From contig NW_026889759.1 in NCBI RefSeq assembly GCF_033153115.1, positions 7,130,001 to 7,194,000 on the forward strand: a stretch of DNA of 64,000 nt, written 5' to 3'. Under the pieces are notes generated by a model, which searched no databases, was not told where the DNA came from, and saw only the letters and a program-made list of their open reading frames with translations. The position numbers were made by a program, and so were the translations under genes. Of the stretch, positions 12,346 to 24,797 are shown in pieces (the first letter of the stretch is position 1; each line of letters opens with the position of its first letter). This DNA is from Saccostrea echinata. Lineage: Eukaryota.

Positions 12346-12833
12346 CGAATTGTATGTTGTTCAACATCCCATTCGAGAATTTTTCACTCATATAAAGATG
12401 TCATCTGCCTCACGTCGTAGCTATGGGAAATATTCTGCGGGACCTTAGTATCAACTTAATATCTTGGATGTAGGGATGATAATAGCACATACTTTTGTTC
12501 CTGTTTCATATGTAAATATGCCACCATGGATATGACAAAGCTCCATTTGAAGTTTTGATCAATATGTCTGCTATGAAATAGGAATCAATATATGTCTCTT
12601 GTTCAAAACATTAGTCTAGATTTCCTAATTCTATGAGTCAAGGTATGTTTTATCCTAACTTTAAGTTGACAAGGCCTTGTTTATGTCGATTTTTTAAAAA
12701 TATTCTGTAATCTCTTTATCTTCAAAAATGCCTATCGTACATCCGGTCTTTTATTCTAAATTAGAGCATTGTGTTGTAGGTGCTATATATATTGATAAGA
12801 ATTACAAGAACCGAAAGTCGGTTTTTCCAAAAT

Positions 12834-13481
12834 ATGAATTCCAAGTGGCTGATAATCGTGTTATTCGTCACTTTGTTTGAAATCATACTTGCTCAACAAA
12901 ACTTCCTACTTGTGGACTCCTGTCCCCAGGACAAAACAGAATGGGATGTCAGACGAGTAAACAAGAGTTATAAGGATCCACCCGATTATCATTGTGCTGC
13001 AATAGAATCAACACAGGAGTTTGGAGAAATTTGTTCATATTCTGCTTTGACATTACCTGGACATTGTCCTGTACTTAATGCTGTATCTCACAATCTCGAC
13101 TTCAAAAATTGCACTTCTTATAAAGAATGTTCGCAAAAAGCATATAGATCGGACGAAATTTACAGGTATTCGATATGTTTCTCAATATTTGGCCGTAATC
13201 TGTCAAATGAAGTGTCATATAACAAGAAGCTTGATGTGTCGCAAGGGAGTGTGGTAGTTTATATATGTGTTTCTAGTATTGCAGTACTAACTGGTTTCGT
13301 TATCTTGCTTGTCTTTATTAAAAGAAAGATAAATAGCAAGAAAAATAGACATCTATCGGATGCAAATAGAAGATTGAATGTGGACAAAAACGTCGACAAA
13401 ATTTTAGGAAAAGCCATTGAAGATATAGAGCTTTCAACACTTCAAAGCCATGCACTGGCTATAGAAGGGAATCAATCATAG
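12834..13481 (+). CDS. Type-I membrane protein, Cys-rich ectodomain family, paralogue 1 (215 aa, single coding exon)
   Basis: ATG at 12834; signal peptide MNSKWLIIVLFVTLFEIILA; ectodomain VDSCP..EW..YHC..EIC..GHCP..NC..EC..YRS.EIY.Y..CF; TM VVVYICVSSIAVLTGFVILLVFI; stop-transfer KRK; ~53-aa tail. Confidence 0.8.
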   Translation: MNSKWLIIVLFVTLFEIILAQQNFLLVDSCPQDKTEWDVRRVNKSYKDPPDYHCAAIESTQEFGEICSYSALTLPGHCPVLNAVSHNLDFKNCTSYKECSQKAYRSDEIYRYSICFSIFGRNLSNEVSYNKKLDVSQGSVVVYICVSSIAVLTGFVILLVFIKRKINSKKNRHLSDANRRLNVDKNVDKILGKAIEDIELSTLQSHALAIEGNQS

Positions 13482-14844
13482 GGATTCTAATGATTTCATT
13501 AAAATAATTGACACTCTTTCAATATATATGTAAAAAAAGATTCCTCTGACATGTAAAATTTGTCACAAAGGTAGTTATGCATTAGTATAAAACTTAATTA
13601 TGAATAAATTTTTAAGATAGTTTATTTATTTATCAAATTGATACACTCCACAAAAAGAAAATAGCTTTCGCTGGCCTAAACAGTACTATTTTTAGTTTAA
13701 AAGTCATGGTTCGTCTTGTTCAGGAACTGCGATGCCATGAGATCAAAACAAAGCTGTGGGAGGATATATATTTTACAAGAATTTCAAAGAAATTCTTATT
13801 TTATTAGCCATGGCAAACCACCTCTCTTTGTCATCAAAAACGGACACAAAGAATTAAATATCTTAGTATAATCGACTTTGGTACGAAGTCTTATTAAACT
13901 GTAGGAGAAGTAGCATTTTGAATCAGTTTAACAAACATTTCTATTTGTAGTAACTATTGGGACATCATTTATTGAAATCGTTTATTGGAAGTCAAAATAC
14001 AATTTACAGAATTATTTATATGGTATAGTCGAGTCTACTTCGGTACAAAATCCTACCGATATTCAGAATTATGTACCTTAGTGTAGTCTACTTGTATGCC
14101 AAGTTTTATTGATATCTGACTAACACTGAAAGAGGAGTAGCGTTTAAAAAAATATTTTCAAACAGAACGGAAGGACAACGGACACCTTTTCAGCGCATAA
14201 GCTCTTCAAGAATTTAACCAGTAGAGCGTAAAAAGAGTCCCTTGAATAGAAATTCCTTGCCAGCACCAACTCGTTACATGAATGCAATTCTCATTAATGA
14301 CCTATTTGAAGAAGCAAAAGTGAGTCCATACTTAAATTCTTCAACTGCAAAATACTAGCTAGTGTTTGTGATTATGAAAGTTTCCTAACACAGACTCTTT
14401 AAGCCACCATGAGTGTCGGAAGATAATTCTGATCCAACCCGTCGGTTACTTAAACTTAAAGGAATAGATGTTGCGAACGTAACATTTTTTAGAATCATTA
14501 AAAAGTTCAGTCTTGCATTCCACCATATTTCAAGTTGAAGTCTACACCTTGTAGTTCCCAAACTTGCTTCCAAACTTTCCAGTTATAAACAAACCTCACA
14601 GTGCCTAGATGTTGAACATCTTTAAAAAAAAATCTTACGTGTTTTTGTGCTTCTCCTTCCTTCAACTACAGTCCTGCTGGAAACTTCAAAACCGGTGATG
14701 TTAACAGTTGAAAATGAAGACCTAAAAGCAATCATCTCAAAAGGTCCTATACAGGGAGCCCCAATCTTTCAACTGGCGACAGAACTTCATTTCTCTGATG
14801 AATTCTGTCGAATATTATGTCAGAAGTTGAGCTAAATATGAAAA

Positions 14845-15158
14845 GGACCAGTGGTAGAATGTTCGCTTCGTGATTGGGAGGCCCGGGTTCGACGCGACTA
14901 AGACGTAAACATAGGTAGTGACTGTTCCTTTGCCAAGCGCCTGGCACTAGAAGTGAAAGTCACCGTTCTTTTTGATGAGACCTAAAAAAACGAGGTCCCA
15001 TGTCACTAAAGGCACAATAAAGAACCCTCACTGTTCAGTAGTCCTGAGTACCGAGTATAGGTCAAAATTTGAAGCCCTTCACCGGTATACGGAGACGTCT
15101 CTATATGAGTGAAAATTTCTCGAATGGGACTTTATACAGCATACGATCAATCAATCAA
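14845..15158 (+). mobile_element. tRNA-derived SINE, near full length
   Basis: Pol III A-box-like (AGTGGTAGAATG) and B-box-like (GGTTCGAC) head; body shared with other copies (CCCTCACTG..AGGTCAAAATTTG..CACCGGT..GAGTGAAAATT.CTCGAA); (CAAT)n tail. Confidence 0.75.
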
Positions 15159-15284
15159 ATATGAAAAGAAAGACCTTAACACTGTGTTAAAATGGATTAA
15201 GTGTTTTGGAAATATATTAAAGAATCGTGCTAGAAAGTTAAATTGCAATATGCGAATCATCTCTCTGTGGCATTAGGTGCTCTC

Positions 15285-15385
15285 ACAAAGACCGTAAGTG
15301 CCGAGAACAGGTCTAAATTTTAGCCCTCCACCGGTACCGTCTCAATATAAATTCTCGAAGGGACTTTAAACAAACAAACAAAAAA
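15285..15385 (+). mobile_element. SINE 3' fragment (same family)
   Basis: AAGTGCCGAG..AGGTCTAAATTT..CACCGGT..TTCTCGAAGGGACTTTAAACAAACAAAC. Confidence 0.55.
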
Positions 15386-15387
15386 AT

Positions 15388-15580
15388 TCTAATGATGAAA
15401 TTCTTCAAAATCACATATCAGTCTTTAATACTTTCAACATTTCAGTTAACCAAGGTGAGTTCGACCTACCCTACCTATACTGGATTCCTAAACTTCATAA
15501 AAAATACATAACTGGGTCCAGCAATTGCTCTACCAAGCCTCTTTATCTACTCTTTACCCTTATATTAACTGCAGTAAAAG
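15388..15580 (+). mobile_element. Degenerate Penelope-like retroelement RT fragment
   Basis: Frameshifted translation gives DEILQNHISVFNTFNI..LPYLYWIPKLHK..GSSNCSTKPL, matching the Y-x-x-P-K-x-H-K motif N-terminal to PLE reverse transcriptases. Confidence 0.55.
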
Positions 15581-16121
15581 TCCTGTTATTTTCTCAGAAT
15601 TGGTCCAGTTATTTTGTCGTAATTGGTCTCACAAGTAAAAAAAATCTCTCTAGGTAACTCTAGTCATTTCTAAATGTACTATGACAAAAATGCTCAAAAA
15701 TCTTAAATTCAGGTTATATCTATAATGCTAAAACAGATTATATCCTTCTTGTAATTAAATTCTTTTGTTTTCCACCTGCAACCTTTTCTGGCTTAGCAAA
15801 CGTAGTTTTTTACCTGTCTTTTTTCCAAAAAATGTTGGCTAAGTGGGAAGACAACAGTCAAAATATTTATCAATATGAATAATGGGTCTGCATAAGATTG
15901 CTAAATCACGTTCAAAATAGAAGTATCAATAGATTCTTGATTGTTTCAAGGTGTACTAACTTTACTTTGACAAGACCTTGTTTGTGTCGAATTTTTAAGT
16001 TTTACCTTCAAAATTACAATTAAATTAGACCTTTACTTTGTGTTATAAGTGCTATTTCGAGTTACAGGTAATGATCAGGAAGCGAAAGTAGGGACTTCCA
16101 AAACATGGTGTACAAGAGATA

Positions 16122-16700
16122 ATGCTTTCAAAACGGGGAATTATTTTAATCGTAACTTGCTTTAGAAGTGTAATCATACATGCTCAACAAAATTTTCTAC
16201 TCGTGGATTCCTGTCCCCAGGACAAAACAGAATGGGATACCAGACGAGTAAACAAGAGTTGTAGGGTTCCACCTGATTACCACTGTGCTGCAATAGAATC
16301 AACACAGGAGTTTGGAGAAATATGTTCATTTTCTGCTTTGACATTACCTGGACATTGTCCTGTACTTAATGCTATATCCCACAATCTTGACTTCAAGAAT
16401 TGCACTATTGATGAAGAATGTCCAAAGAAATCATATAGGTCGGACGAAATTTACAGGTATCCGTTTTGTTTCTCAATATTTAAACCTCGCAAGTGGCCAA
16501 ACATTCCAAATAACGAGGCCGGTGTGAAGGGGAGTATAATTATAATTGTCACCGCTGTAGTTTTCTTCTGTATAACTGTTACTGCTACAAGCGCCATGGT
16601 TATATATTTTATGAGAAAGAGAAATGCAAGTAAAACAGATTCTGAAATACTACTACAAGTACTCCATAAAAAGCAATCTGAGTGCACTTTGCAGCTCTAG
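16122..16700 (+). CDS. Type-I membrane protein, Cys-rich ectodomain family, paralogue 2 (192 aa)
   Basis: Signal peptide; all 8 ectodomain Cys; TM IIIIVTAVVFFCITVTATSAMVIYFM; RKR; short tail containing DSEILL. Confidence 0.8.
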   Translation: MLSKRGIILIVTCFRSVIIHAQQNFLLVDSCPQDKTEWDTRRVNKSCRVPPDYHCAAIESTQEFGEICSFSALTLPGHCPVLNAISHNLDFKNCTIDEECPKKSYRSDEIYRYPFCFSIFKPRKWPNIPNNEAGVKGSIIIIVTAVVFFCITVTATSAMVIYFMRKRNASKTDSEILLQVLHKKQSECTLQL

Positions 16701-18170
16701 AAAATGGAGCTAACATTAATTTTAGTAATCGACTTGAGATATCGAGATTTGACCTGCTTATGCTGCATTAGAGGAAATAATTGACAACAAATTTAAGTCG
16801 CAGTGCACATGTAATGCAGGGACAGCAATTCAGCATGCTCAACATCAAAACCTCAAATTAAAATCTATATGAACATTAAATTGGAGCAGAATATCTAAAG
16901 GGGCATTCAAATGATTTTTGTGGCGATCTATATTCTCTGTCGTTGTTTTATTATTTGATTGTTAATTGAGATAAATTTAAAACTCATCATTGAATGTTAA
17001 CATTATTCTTCTCATCTTTTCTTTCAAAATAAAAATTACAAAAAATGCCTTAAATCAGTTCACATATACATATATCTGTTATGTATGTTTTTGGAAAGTT
17101 TTTTCTGCAGGATTCTGTTCATAATCTCCATATATTTCATTGTAAAGAAAACCAGTTATATCAAGTAATTCTCGTTTTGAAAATACTGATAAATTTTGAA
17201 AAAATAAATGGGTTATGCAAAAGTAAAAAAATTGGTTAACTGATTGATTAATCAAAGTAAAGTTAGTATACCTAATCTACTGAAAAAAGTAAACACTTTG
17301 AACCCCTTCCTCGGCTTCAGTCTAGTAGCTGGGACCACATATTGTACGAATACTGAGTATTTTACAATCGTATGTGATACCAGTGAATATAAATATGAGG
17401 TATAGTCGTTTCTCTTTATAAGAAAAGGTGTATGGAAATTTCCTTTATGGCATGTATGTTCCAAATGTTGGAATTTTTTAAAATTGTGGCCGTTCTTTGC
17501 AGTGGCTAATCTTTAGCCAGAATTCCGTATGAGGCCTAGTATATTTATAACTTCCTTTTCATATGAGTAAAACTTTTTTTAAAAAGACTTTGTCGTCTTG
17601 GTATAAACACCCTTGAAAAGTTCACTGAAATAAACTTACCAGGCCGTATTATTCTTGTATAATTTTTGCAACGACTTTTTTTTCAGACATTAGTCTTACC
17701 ATTTGAAAGACAATGTCAAAAATAAACAAATAAATAAATAAAATAACTGAATTTTAAAGCAATTTGAGCTGAATTTTTGACCTTTTTATTTTGCTGTTAA
17801 AATGTGCTCCTATGCTAAATCTGTATGTAACTTACACCTTTATGATCGATTAGACTAAAATAAGCATTCATTTGTTTCAGAAGAAAGATTTCTTTACAAA
17901 GGAATGTAAAGTATTATATAAGAAATTAATATTGTACAGGACAACAATAATGTAATTTTGCTTCAATCAAAGCTTAAAATTACTGTTTCCATCACATATA
18001 TAAACAATAGAGGTTTATAAAAGTTCTTTTATCTGTCATTGAAATACTTAATTACAATATTGCAACAAACATTTCCGACATCAAAGTTGAAGCTCATATT
18101 GCTTTAACGTTTTCGTGTAAAAAAAATTAAGAACATTCCTTTCTTTTTTTATAATGAAAATATGAAACAC

Positions 18171-18570
18171 TTTTTGCTCACCTGTGGTGAAAGCTCAAGT
18201 GAGCTTTTCTGATCACCCGTTGTCCGTCGTCTGTCTGTCTGTAAACTTTTCACATGTTCACCTTCTTTGCAAGAACCAATAGGCAATTTTTTTTTGGTAC
18301 AAAGCATCCAACGGTAAAGGGAATTCTAAATTGTTAAGATGAAGGGCCAACCCCCAACTAAGGGGAGAAAGACAAGAAAAGGCAAAAATAGGGTGGAATT
18401 ATTAAGAAATCTTCTTCTTAAGAACCACTGGACCAAAGAAAATGAAACTTATGTGGAAGATTCTTGAGGTAGTGTAGACTTTAAATTGTTCAAATCATAT
18501 CCCCTGGGGTTATGGTGGGACCAGAATGGGGAATCAAAGTTTTACATTGAAATATATAGGAAAAAATTCA
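18171..18570 (+). mobile_element. Helentron-associated non-autonomous element (HINE) fragment with Cg170/HindIII-like ~166-bp satellite units
   Basis: 5' end TTTTTGCTCACCTG..AAAGCTCAAGTGAGCTTTTCTGATCAC followed by a GTCC/GTCT microsatellite, then two AAGAACCA.TGG..AAATTGTT units ~170 bp apart. Recognised from the known oyster HINE architecture. Confidence 0.7.
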
Positions 18571-19990
18571 TATATGGCGTTTTTTTTTTATAAGTTCAGA
18601 CTTAGTAAAATTAAAAAGATCTTTCTATTTGTTTTATTACTTTATATAAAGATAGAACTTTCCTGTAAATTACACAAATTAAATCAAACACGTTTCAAAG
18701 ATATTAGAAATTCAAAACAATATCCGATTTATTTACCGACTCCGCATTTAATTAACAGACACAGTTTAAGGGGGGGGGGGGTCGGGAAAAAAAACCCGCC
18801 CAATCAAAAAAAATTTTTTTACAAGTGTCATTTTAACAATATTTTTCATAAATGAGACTCTATCCAAGCCCATTGTTTCACACAAAAGGTGAAATATACA
18901 GCCACCACGTTAAGACAATCCCTTTCCGCTTGAGCGCACACAATACACAGGTAATCAGCAACTTACATCATCTCAAGCCACGGTCCGGAGTCCGCATATA
19001 GCTCTCTCTACCCATGGCCAGAATGGGAGAGGATCGTACATTTTGGCCGTGGTTTGCGACGATGTCAGCAGTATGGAGATCATGATAGTCTGTGCAGCTA
19101 GTGATGACACAAGGCCATATTATACTAACAACCAAGAACTGCACATAGTTGATATTAGGGTATTGTTTTGGTATCGCTAAAATATTATTCTTGCAAGAAT
19201 TTTCTTCTTTCTTCGATAATTGAATGTTACGTTATTGAACTACGTGAATAAACTGTGATTATTATTTTTTTTTAAATTATTACAATCAGGGACGTATATA
19301 CTATATATACATCCATGATACAATATTTTCATGACATAATCAGGTTGCTTTTACCTCTGGGAAAGTAGGCTCTTCTAGTAATAACGGTTTACCAGTTGTT
19401 TACGTTTTGACCTGTACCAAAAAGGACATTGAAAATGTACCTTTTGTAGATGGAAGTTACAATGCAATTAAAAGCCTTCCTATAGTATTTTCCATAGTAA
19501 ATTATCCTTCAGATGCTGGTTGCCCCCCCCCCTTTTTTTTTTTTGCTTGTCAAATAATTTTGGGAACGTAACATTCAATTATCGAAGAAAGAAGAAAATT
19601 CTTGCAAGAATAATATTTTAGCGGTGTACACATGTACATTAAAGCCACATGTATATATATATGGCGTATCTGAGCTAAAAAATAAAAACACGAGATTGAG
19701 CATAGATAAACATGATATATGTTATTTCCGTTCAAATTAAACTTTTCACCGATTTTGAACTTGAATAACCCCATGTTTCCGTAGTTAAATTAACTTTAAA
19801 CTGTGTCTGTTATTTAAATGCGGAGTCAGTAAATAAACCGGTTATTGTTTTAAACTAATATCTTTGAATCGTGATTGATTTAAATTGTGTAATTTACAGG
19901 AAAGTCCTATCTCTATATAAAGTAATAAAACAAATAGAAAGATCTTTTTAATTCTAGTTAGTCTGAACTTATACAAAATACGCCATATAT
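18570..19990. mobile_element. Foldback element with ~200-bp outer inverted repeats and ~55-bp inner inverted repeats
   Basis: 18570-18769 is the reverse complement of ~19797-19990. 19177-19232 is the near-perfect reverse complement of 19566-19622. Confidence 0.7.
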
Positions 19991-21839
19991 GGCTTTTAAG
20001 TGATTGGGGTATCTGGCCATCAGTATATCCGGCACACTCGGGGTGGACATCTCTTATCCTCAATTCCTCTTAAAATTGCAAATTTATGCTATTTAATATA
20101 AAATCTTTAATACAAACTGCCTTAATATAAGCACCTGTTATTTTACGTTTCCATCGGAATCGGGGTTTCCCAGTATCCATCTTTCAGCACTCGGTTGGCT
20201 CGGTTGTGACAACAGGTGTGACCCCTAAAAGAACCCTATATGTCCAAAGGCCATATGAGTCTAGCATACACCTGTATATTTCGAAGTAAGAACCCTTGAT
20301 AAAACTGCTTTCAAATTCATGAAGTTGTTTAACGAATCTATAATTATAAAGAAAACAAAAAAAAAAAAGTTAATTATCATGCTTTAACATGTATGACGTC
20401 ATATAGATGATTAATATGCTCCAGGAACAGAAAATGTCTTATTAGAGTTCAATATATTCAAAATTATTGATGTTTAATGTTTAAATAAAAATATTACTTC
20501 AAAGCAACAAAACTAAAAATTTAGTCATATTTCGTACTTTGGGGGTTGGGGTGAAAAGCGGGGGGAGGGGGGGGGGGTATTGTCCTTTTTTGATTTCCTT
20601 ACTTCTGTTTATACATGTACATGCATCTGTCATAACATTGCCTGATTGTACTTTATGAAAAAAAAACCCTGTACATCAGCACTGAATTAAATCTACTCCA
20701 AAACAATTAATTTTACGGACAGACATACGGACATTATAGTTCAAATTTTCTTTACTTTTCTGTGAAATCGATATTTTCACTGTAAAAATCAATTTTCCAT
20801 AAAAATTTATTGCAAATCCGAGAAATTTTATGAATTTCTTAAGCTTTTTTAACATGTTCATCATTATGGTCAAATTTCAATCATTGATCTTTAACCTCTT
20901 ATTATTTTAAATTTTGACCATAGAATTTTCTACGACTGGAAGAAAATAATTGCTTATTAATATACCTTTCCAAAAAAAGTACAAATTGGCCGTAGGGTAG
21001 GGTGGTGCATTAATTTCAAAATGTTGATGGTCTTGTCACTCCACTATTGGTGGAACGTGTGTTCTGGTGTGTTTTAAAGACATCAAATGTAAAAGAAGCA
21101 GATTTCCTGGGAAATTAACATAAAGTATGTGAAAAGAATGCATTATCTAATGAAAATTTGGACAATTTTTAAATCCTGTTTTGTGGAAGAAGTCAATTCT
21201 CTTGTGATACTTAAAATAATTACAGACAAATGCTGCAAACAAACCTTTTCAAAAAATCATGAAAACAACTACTTTCATGTTTTTAGAAGTAAAATGAGTA
21301 AGTTTAGCCGCATAAAGTTTATTTTTTATATTTAAAAAAAAATCTCAATTATTTCTTACAATGAGAGAAAAACATAGATTTAAAAGGGTGATGCCAAAAG
21401 GGAAGAAATTAAAATACAGAAAATTTACATTTAAAAAAAATATTTTAGAGATTTAAAATATGCACCATTTGGAACCAAAACAAAGGGTAAAATGTACAGG
21501 TATACCAAACCACGGATTCACGTTATTTCTGTTTGTAAGTCATGTGCATGTCCCTAAGCAGCCTAATTCTAGTAATTAAACTGATTGTGAGTGACATACA
21601 TGTATCTTGTGGGCCGGGTGTAAGAAACTAAGTATACCATAATTGTATCAACACGCATGTCACATTTATAAATAATATACTTACTTACTTACTTACATGT
21701 ACACACAGCCGTTTATTTTTTCATCAGAAGTGTTTCTTTTAAACATTTATTAAAATTTTGAAGTGATTGCTTCAAAATAGAGTACATACTGGTTTTGTTG
21801 CATTAGAAATGTACACCAAAGAAAAAGTTCAGGCTTGCC

Positions 21840-22210
21840 TAACATGTCAAGGAGTGAGGGGCATGTCGAGAAAATCAAGTAGCATCTCAACAAAATTATC
21901 TCGCATGGTGAGAAAAATAGGTCGCATGTCAACATATATGTTGCTTGTTAACATTAGTCTCATCGCAACATGTTTTATGTCGGCTTTGCATGCTGACATA
22001 AAAAAGTCGTGTGTCAACATTATTATATGGTGTATCTTGTATGTGATATCAAGTGGTGGCGCTAATGAGTATATTCACTAGCATCAAGATAATATTTTTA
22101 AAACATAATTAGTTACTTGGATGTCAACTTATATTTTGTAGGAACATCCATGCATGTAGATGTAATCTTGCATGTTGACATATTTTTCTCGCATGTAAAT
22201 ATGCCACTTA
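21840..22210. repeat. Degenerate copy of the ~21-bp-unit repeat, upstream of receptor paralogue 3
   Basis: GCATGTCAAC/GCATGTTGAC units ending in GTAAATATGCCAC, as also seen upstream of paralogue 1. Confidence 0.6.
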
Positions 22211-22542
22211 AGATGTAGCAAACTTTTCATTTGAAGTTCTGATCAATATGTTTTCAAAGAATCTAGATATCTTTTTCAAAATAGTGCAGTTTAGATTTAT
22301 GGATTCTGTGACTCAAGTTGGGTTTTTAATTCTTAAGATTAATTTAACAAGGTCTTGTTTGTGTCGTTTATTTAAATATTCTTTTTTTACCATCAAAAGC
22401 ACAATTACTAGTATATCCGACCTTTAATTATATGAGTTCGAGCTTTGCGTTGTATTTGCTATTTAAATAAAACGGAGAATCATTGGAATAAGATGTAATT
22501 ACACAAAACAAAAGTAGTGTGGTTTTACGGGATCCAGGAAAA

Positions 22543-23126
22543 ATGCTTTCAAAACGGGGAATCATTTTAATTGTAATTTGGTTTGGAAGTGAAATCATAC
22601 ATGCTCAACAAAACTTTCTTCTTGTGAATTCCTGTCCCCAGAACAAAACAGAATGGGATACCAGGCGAGTAAACAAGAATTGTAAGGATCCACCCGATTA
22701 TCATTGTGCTGCCATGGAATCAACACAGGAGTTCGGAGAAATCTGTTCAGATTCTGCTTTGACATTACAAGGATACTGTCTACTTAATGTTGTATCTCAC
22801 AATCTGGATGAGGGATGTCCAAAAAACATCATATCGTTCGGACGAAATTTAGAAGTATCCGTTTTGTTTCTCAATATTTAAGCAGAGTAATGAGTCGAAC
22901 AAAGTGCCAAATAACAAACATTTATTGGGGGTTTGATGATCATCATTTTGGTTTGTATCGTTATAGTTACAGCAATAATGTTATATTCTTTTTGAGATAT
23001 TAAAGAAAGAAACAAAACAAGGAAAATCATGGACCTCATGGAGAAATCGCCGGTCAGCCCTCATTAGTACAAGCCAGCGAAGACAGAGCAGAATATATGC
23101 AACATTTGCAACCTGTTTCTTTCTGA
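22543..23126 (+). pseudogene. Receptor paralogue 3, pseudogene
   Basis: Signal peptide and first half of the ectodomain are intact. Lesions: a 3-nt and a 21-nt deletion, +1 A in the run at 22821-22826, TAC>TAG at 22850, and further frameshifts. The TM remnant FIGGLMIIILVCIVIVTAIML (from 22921) and the tail RKKQNKENHGPHGE..EYMQHLQPVSF* lie in different frames. Confidence 0.8.
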
Positions 23127-24797
23127 AGTAAAAATATTTGTACTACTGAAGAAGAAATAGTTGAGTAAATATTTGTTATAGTTTAGTTGTATCAGATGCC
23201 TACTGGGAATACATCTGACCCGGCAAACACTCGTTCAAGTAATGTTAATAAAATTAACCACCTTCTAATTTATGCATTGTCTATAATTTTCTGTTTCATA
23301 GTTTCTTTCGTAAGGTATTAAAATAAAATTTATGTATGCTTTCTATTGTCTACTGGATTGAAATCTGATGATAAACCTCCTTTTTCTTCTTGCAATGGAA
23401 AATTATTCTTAATATGTTTAATTTATAGTATATTACAGTACCATTCTTAGTGATTAGATATTCGTCCCGATTGAAGTGGTGTAGATTATTTTTACGATTG
23501 ATTGAAATGTACATGGTTTTAATTATCTTATGTTTCCGAGTTTATTAAGGCTTTTATCGATGGACAACAATTTTAACATTAAAGAAATACCTGCGGGGAC
23601 ACAGACGGAAGTGGCCAGTAATGCGTCAGGCATCCGAACTGCCACATACAATATAGATATTAGTATATAAAAGAGTTCTTTGACAACAAATAACAAATTG
23701 AATGACAAAATGACATATGTTGAGTAAATTACAATCTGTGAAAAGTTTTGATAAGATAAACATGAAAGAAAGATAAATAAAATAATTACCTGAATGTTTC
23801 TATATGGTATAACAAATTAGTGATAGGGGTTAACACTTTAACAATTTGTAGTATTCAGTATTTCGTAGTCTGACAATAAATAAAGATTAAGAATTAATCT
23901 CGGTGAAAATAACTGATAAAACATAATTAAGTTCAAAATAAAAGTTCAAAATAAGATTTGTAAAAAGAGTCAACTCTGCACGGTGATACATTGTAAAACC
24001 TTTTAAATTGCAACCATATTCTGACCCTCGTTGCCATTGTAAAAAAAAAGTTTTACAAAATCAGACATAAAAAATGATAAAAGATGATGTAAGGCATGTA
24101 CGTTCATGAGATATTATAAATAATACTATTTTTACTTCTGCACAAATCCATATAAAGTAACTGTTTTGAAAGAATTAAAGAACATTTCATATTTTCTCCA
24201 TAATTCTTGCTAAGATTTTCACGTCTTCTGACGAATTAGTGTTTTAGAGATTAATGTTCTTTTTGATGTTCAATGTATCTTAAATAAAATTTATTCTAAA
24301 CAAAGCATATGATCATTTATTATCATTCATGGAAATTTGAATCGGAATACAAGAAGTAAGCTAATCCTCTATATCCTTATGTATACTCCCTCTCTTGCCT
24401 TGGTATTCCCAAACTGAAAATTAACATTTTTAAAAAAGGAGAGGTTCCTTGGAATGAAAATACCAGGTACCTTAACCAAATATTCTAAGACATATGTGCT
24501 TTCGTAAAGCATTTCGTCATATACAAATAGGCCCGCAAAAAGATTACTAGCGTTCAAAATACAATGGTGCAGATTGTTCTGTTTCTATGTAGCAAGGTGG
24601 GTGTGTACTAACTCTAAATCAGCAGAATCTTATTTATATGAAATTATCACGTTTATCAGTTTGATTTGTAGGTGCTATTTTTATATACACGTATAGGTAG
24701 CAGGAACCGAAAAAAGATTTCATTAGATTTTTTTTTACCATAATTTTTCTTCGTTTAAATGATAGTTGTGCCGATTCGTGTGACAAGAGATGAGATA

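Noticed and set aside
12780-12833. GTG start for receptor 1 (and the longer starts at 22519, 24759, 61106 and 9497 given by the ORF track)
   Set aside because: These are non-ATG or upstream/intronic starts. Paralogue alignment, signal peptides and splice acceptors point to the downstream ATGs or to spliced entry.
14230-14835. Coding-looking stretch between receptor copies 1 and 2
   Set aside because: The frames I translated are interrupted by stops and show no recognisable motif. It may be an old TE or gene relic but cannot be supported.
14845-14920. tRNA-like sequence with A/B boxes
   Set aside because: No complete cloverleaf. It continues into a body and CAAT tail shared with other dispersed copies, so it is a SINE head and not a tRNA gene.
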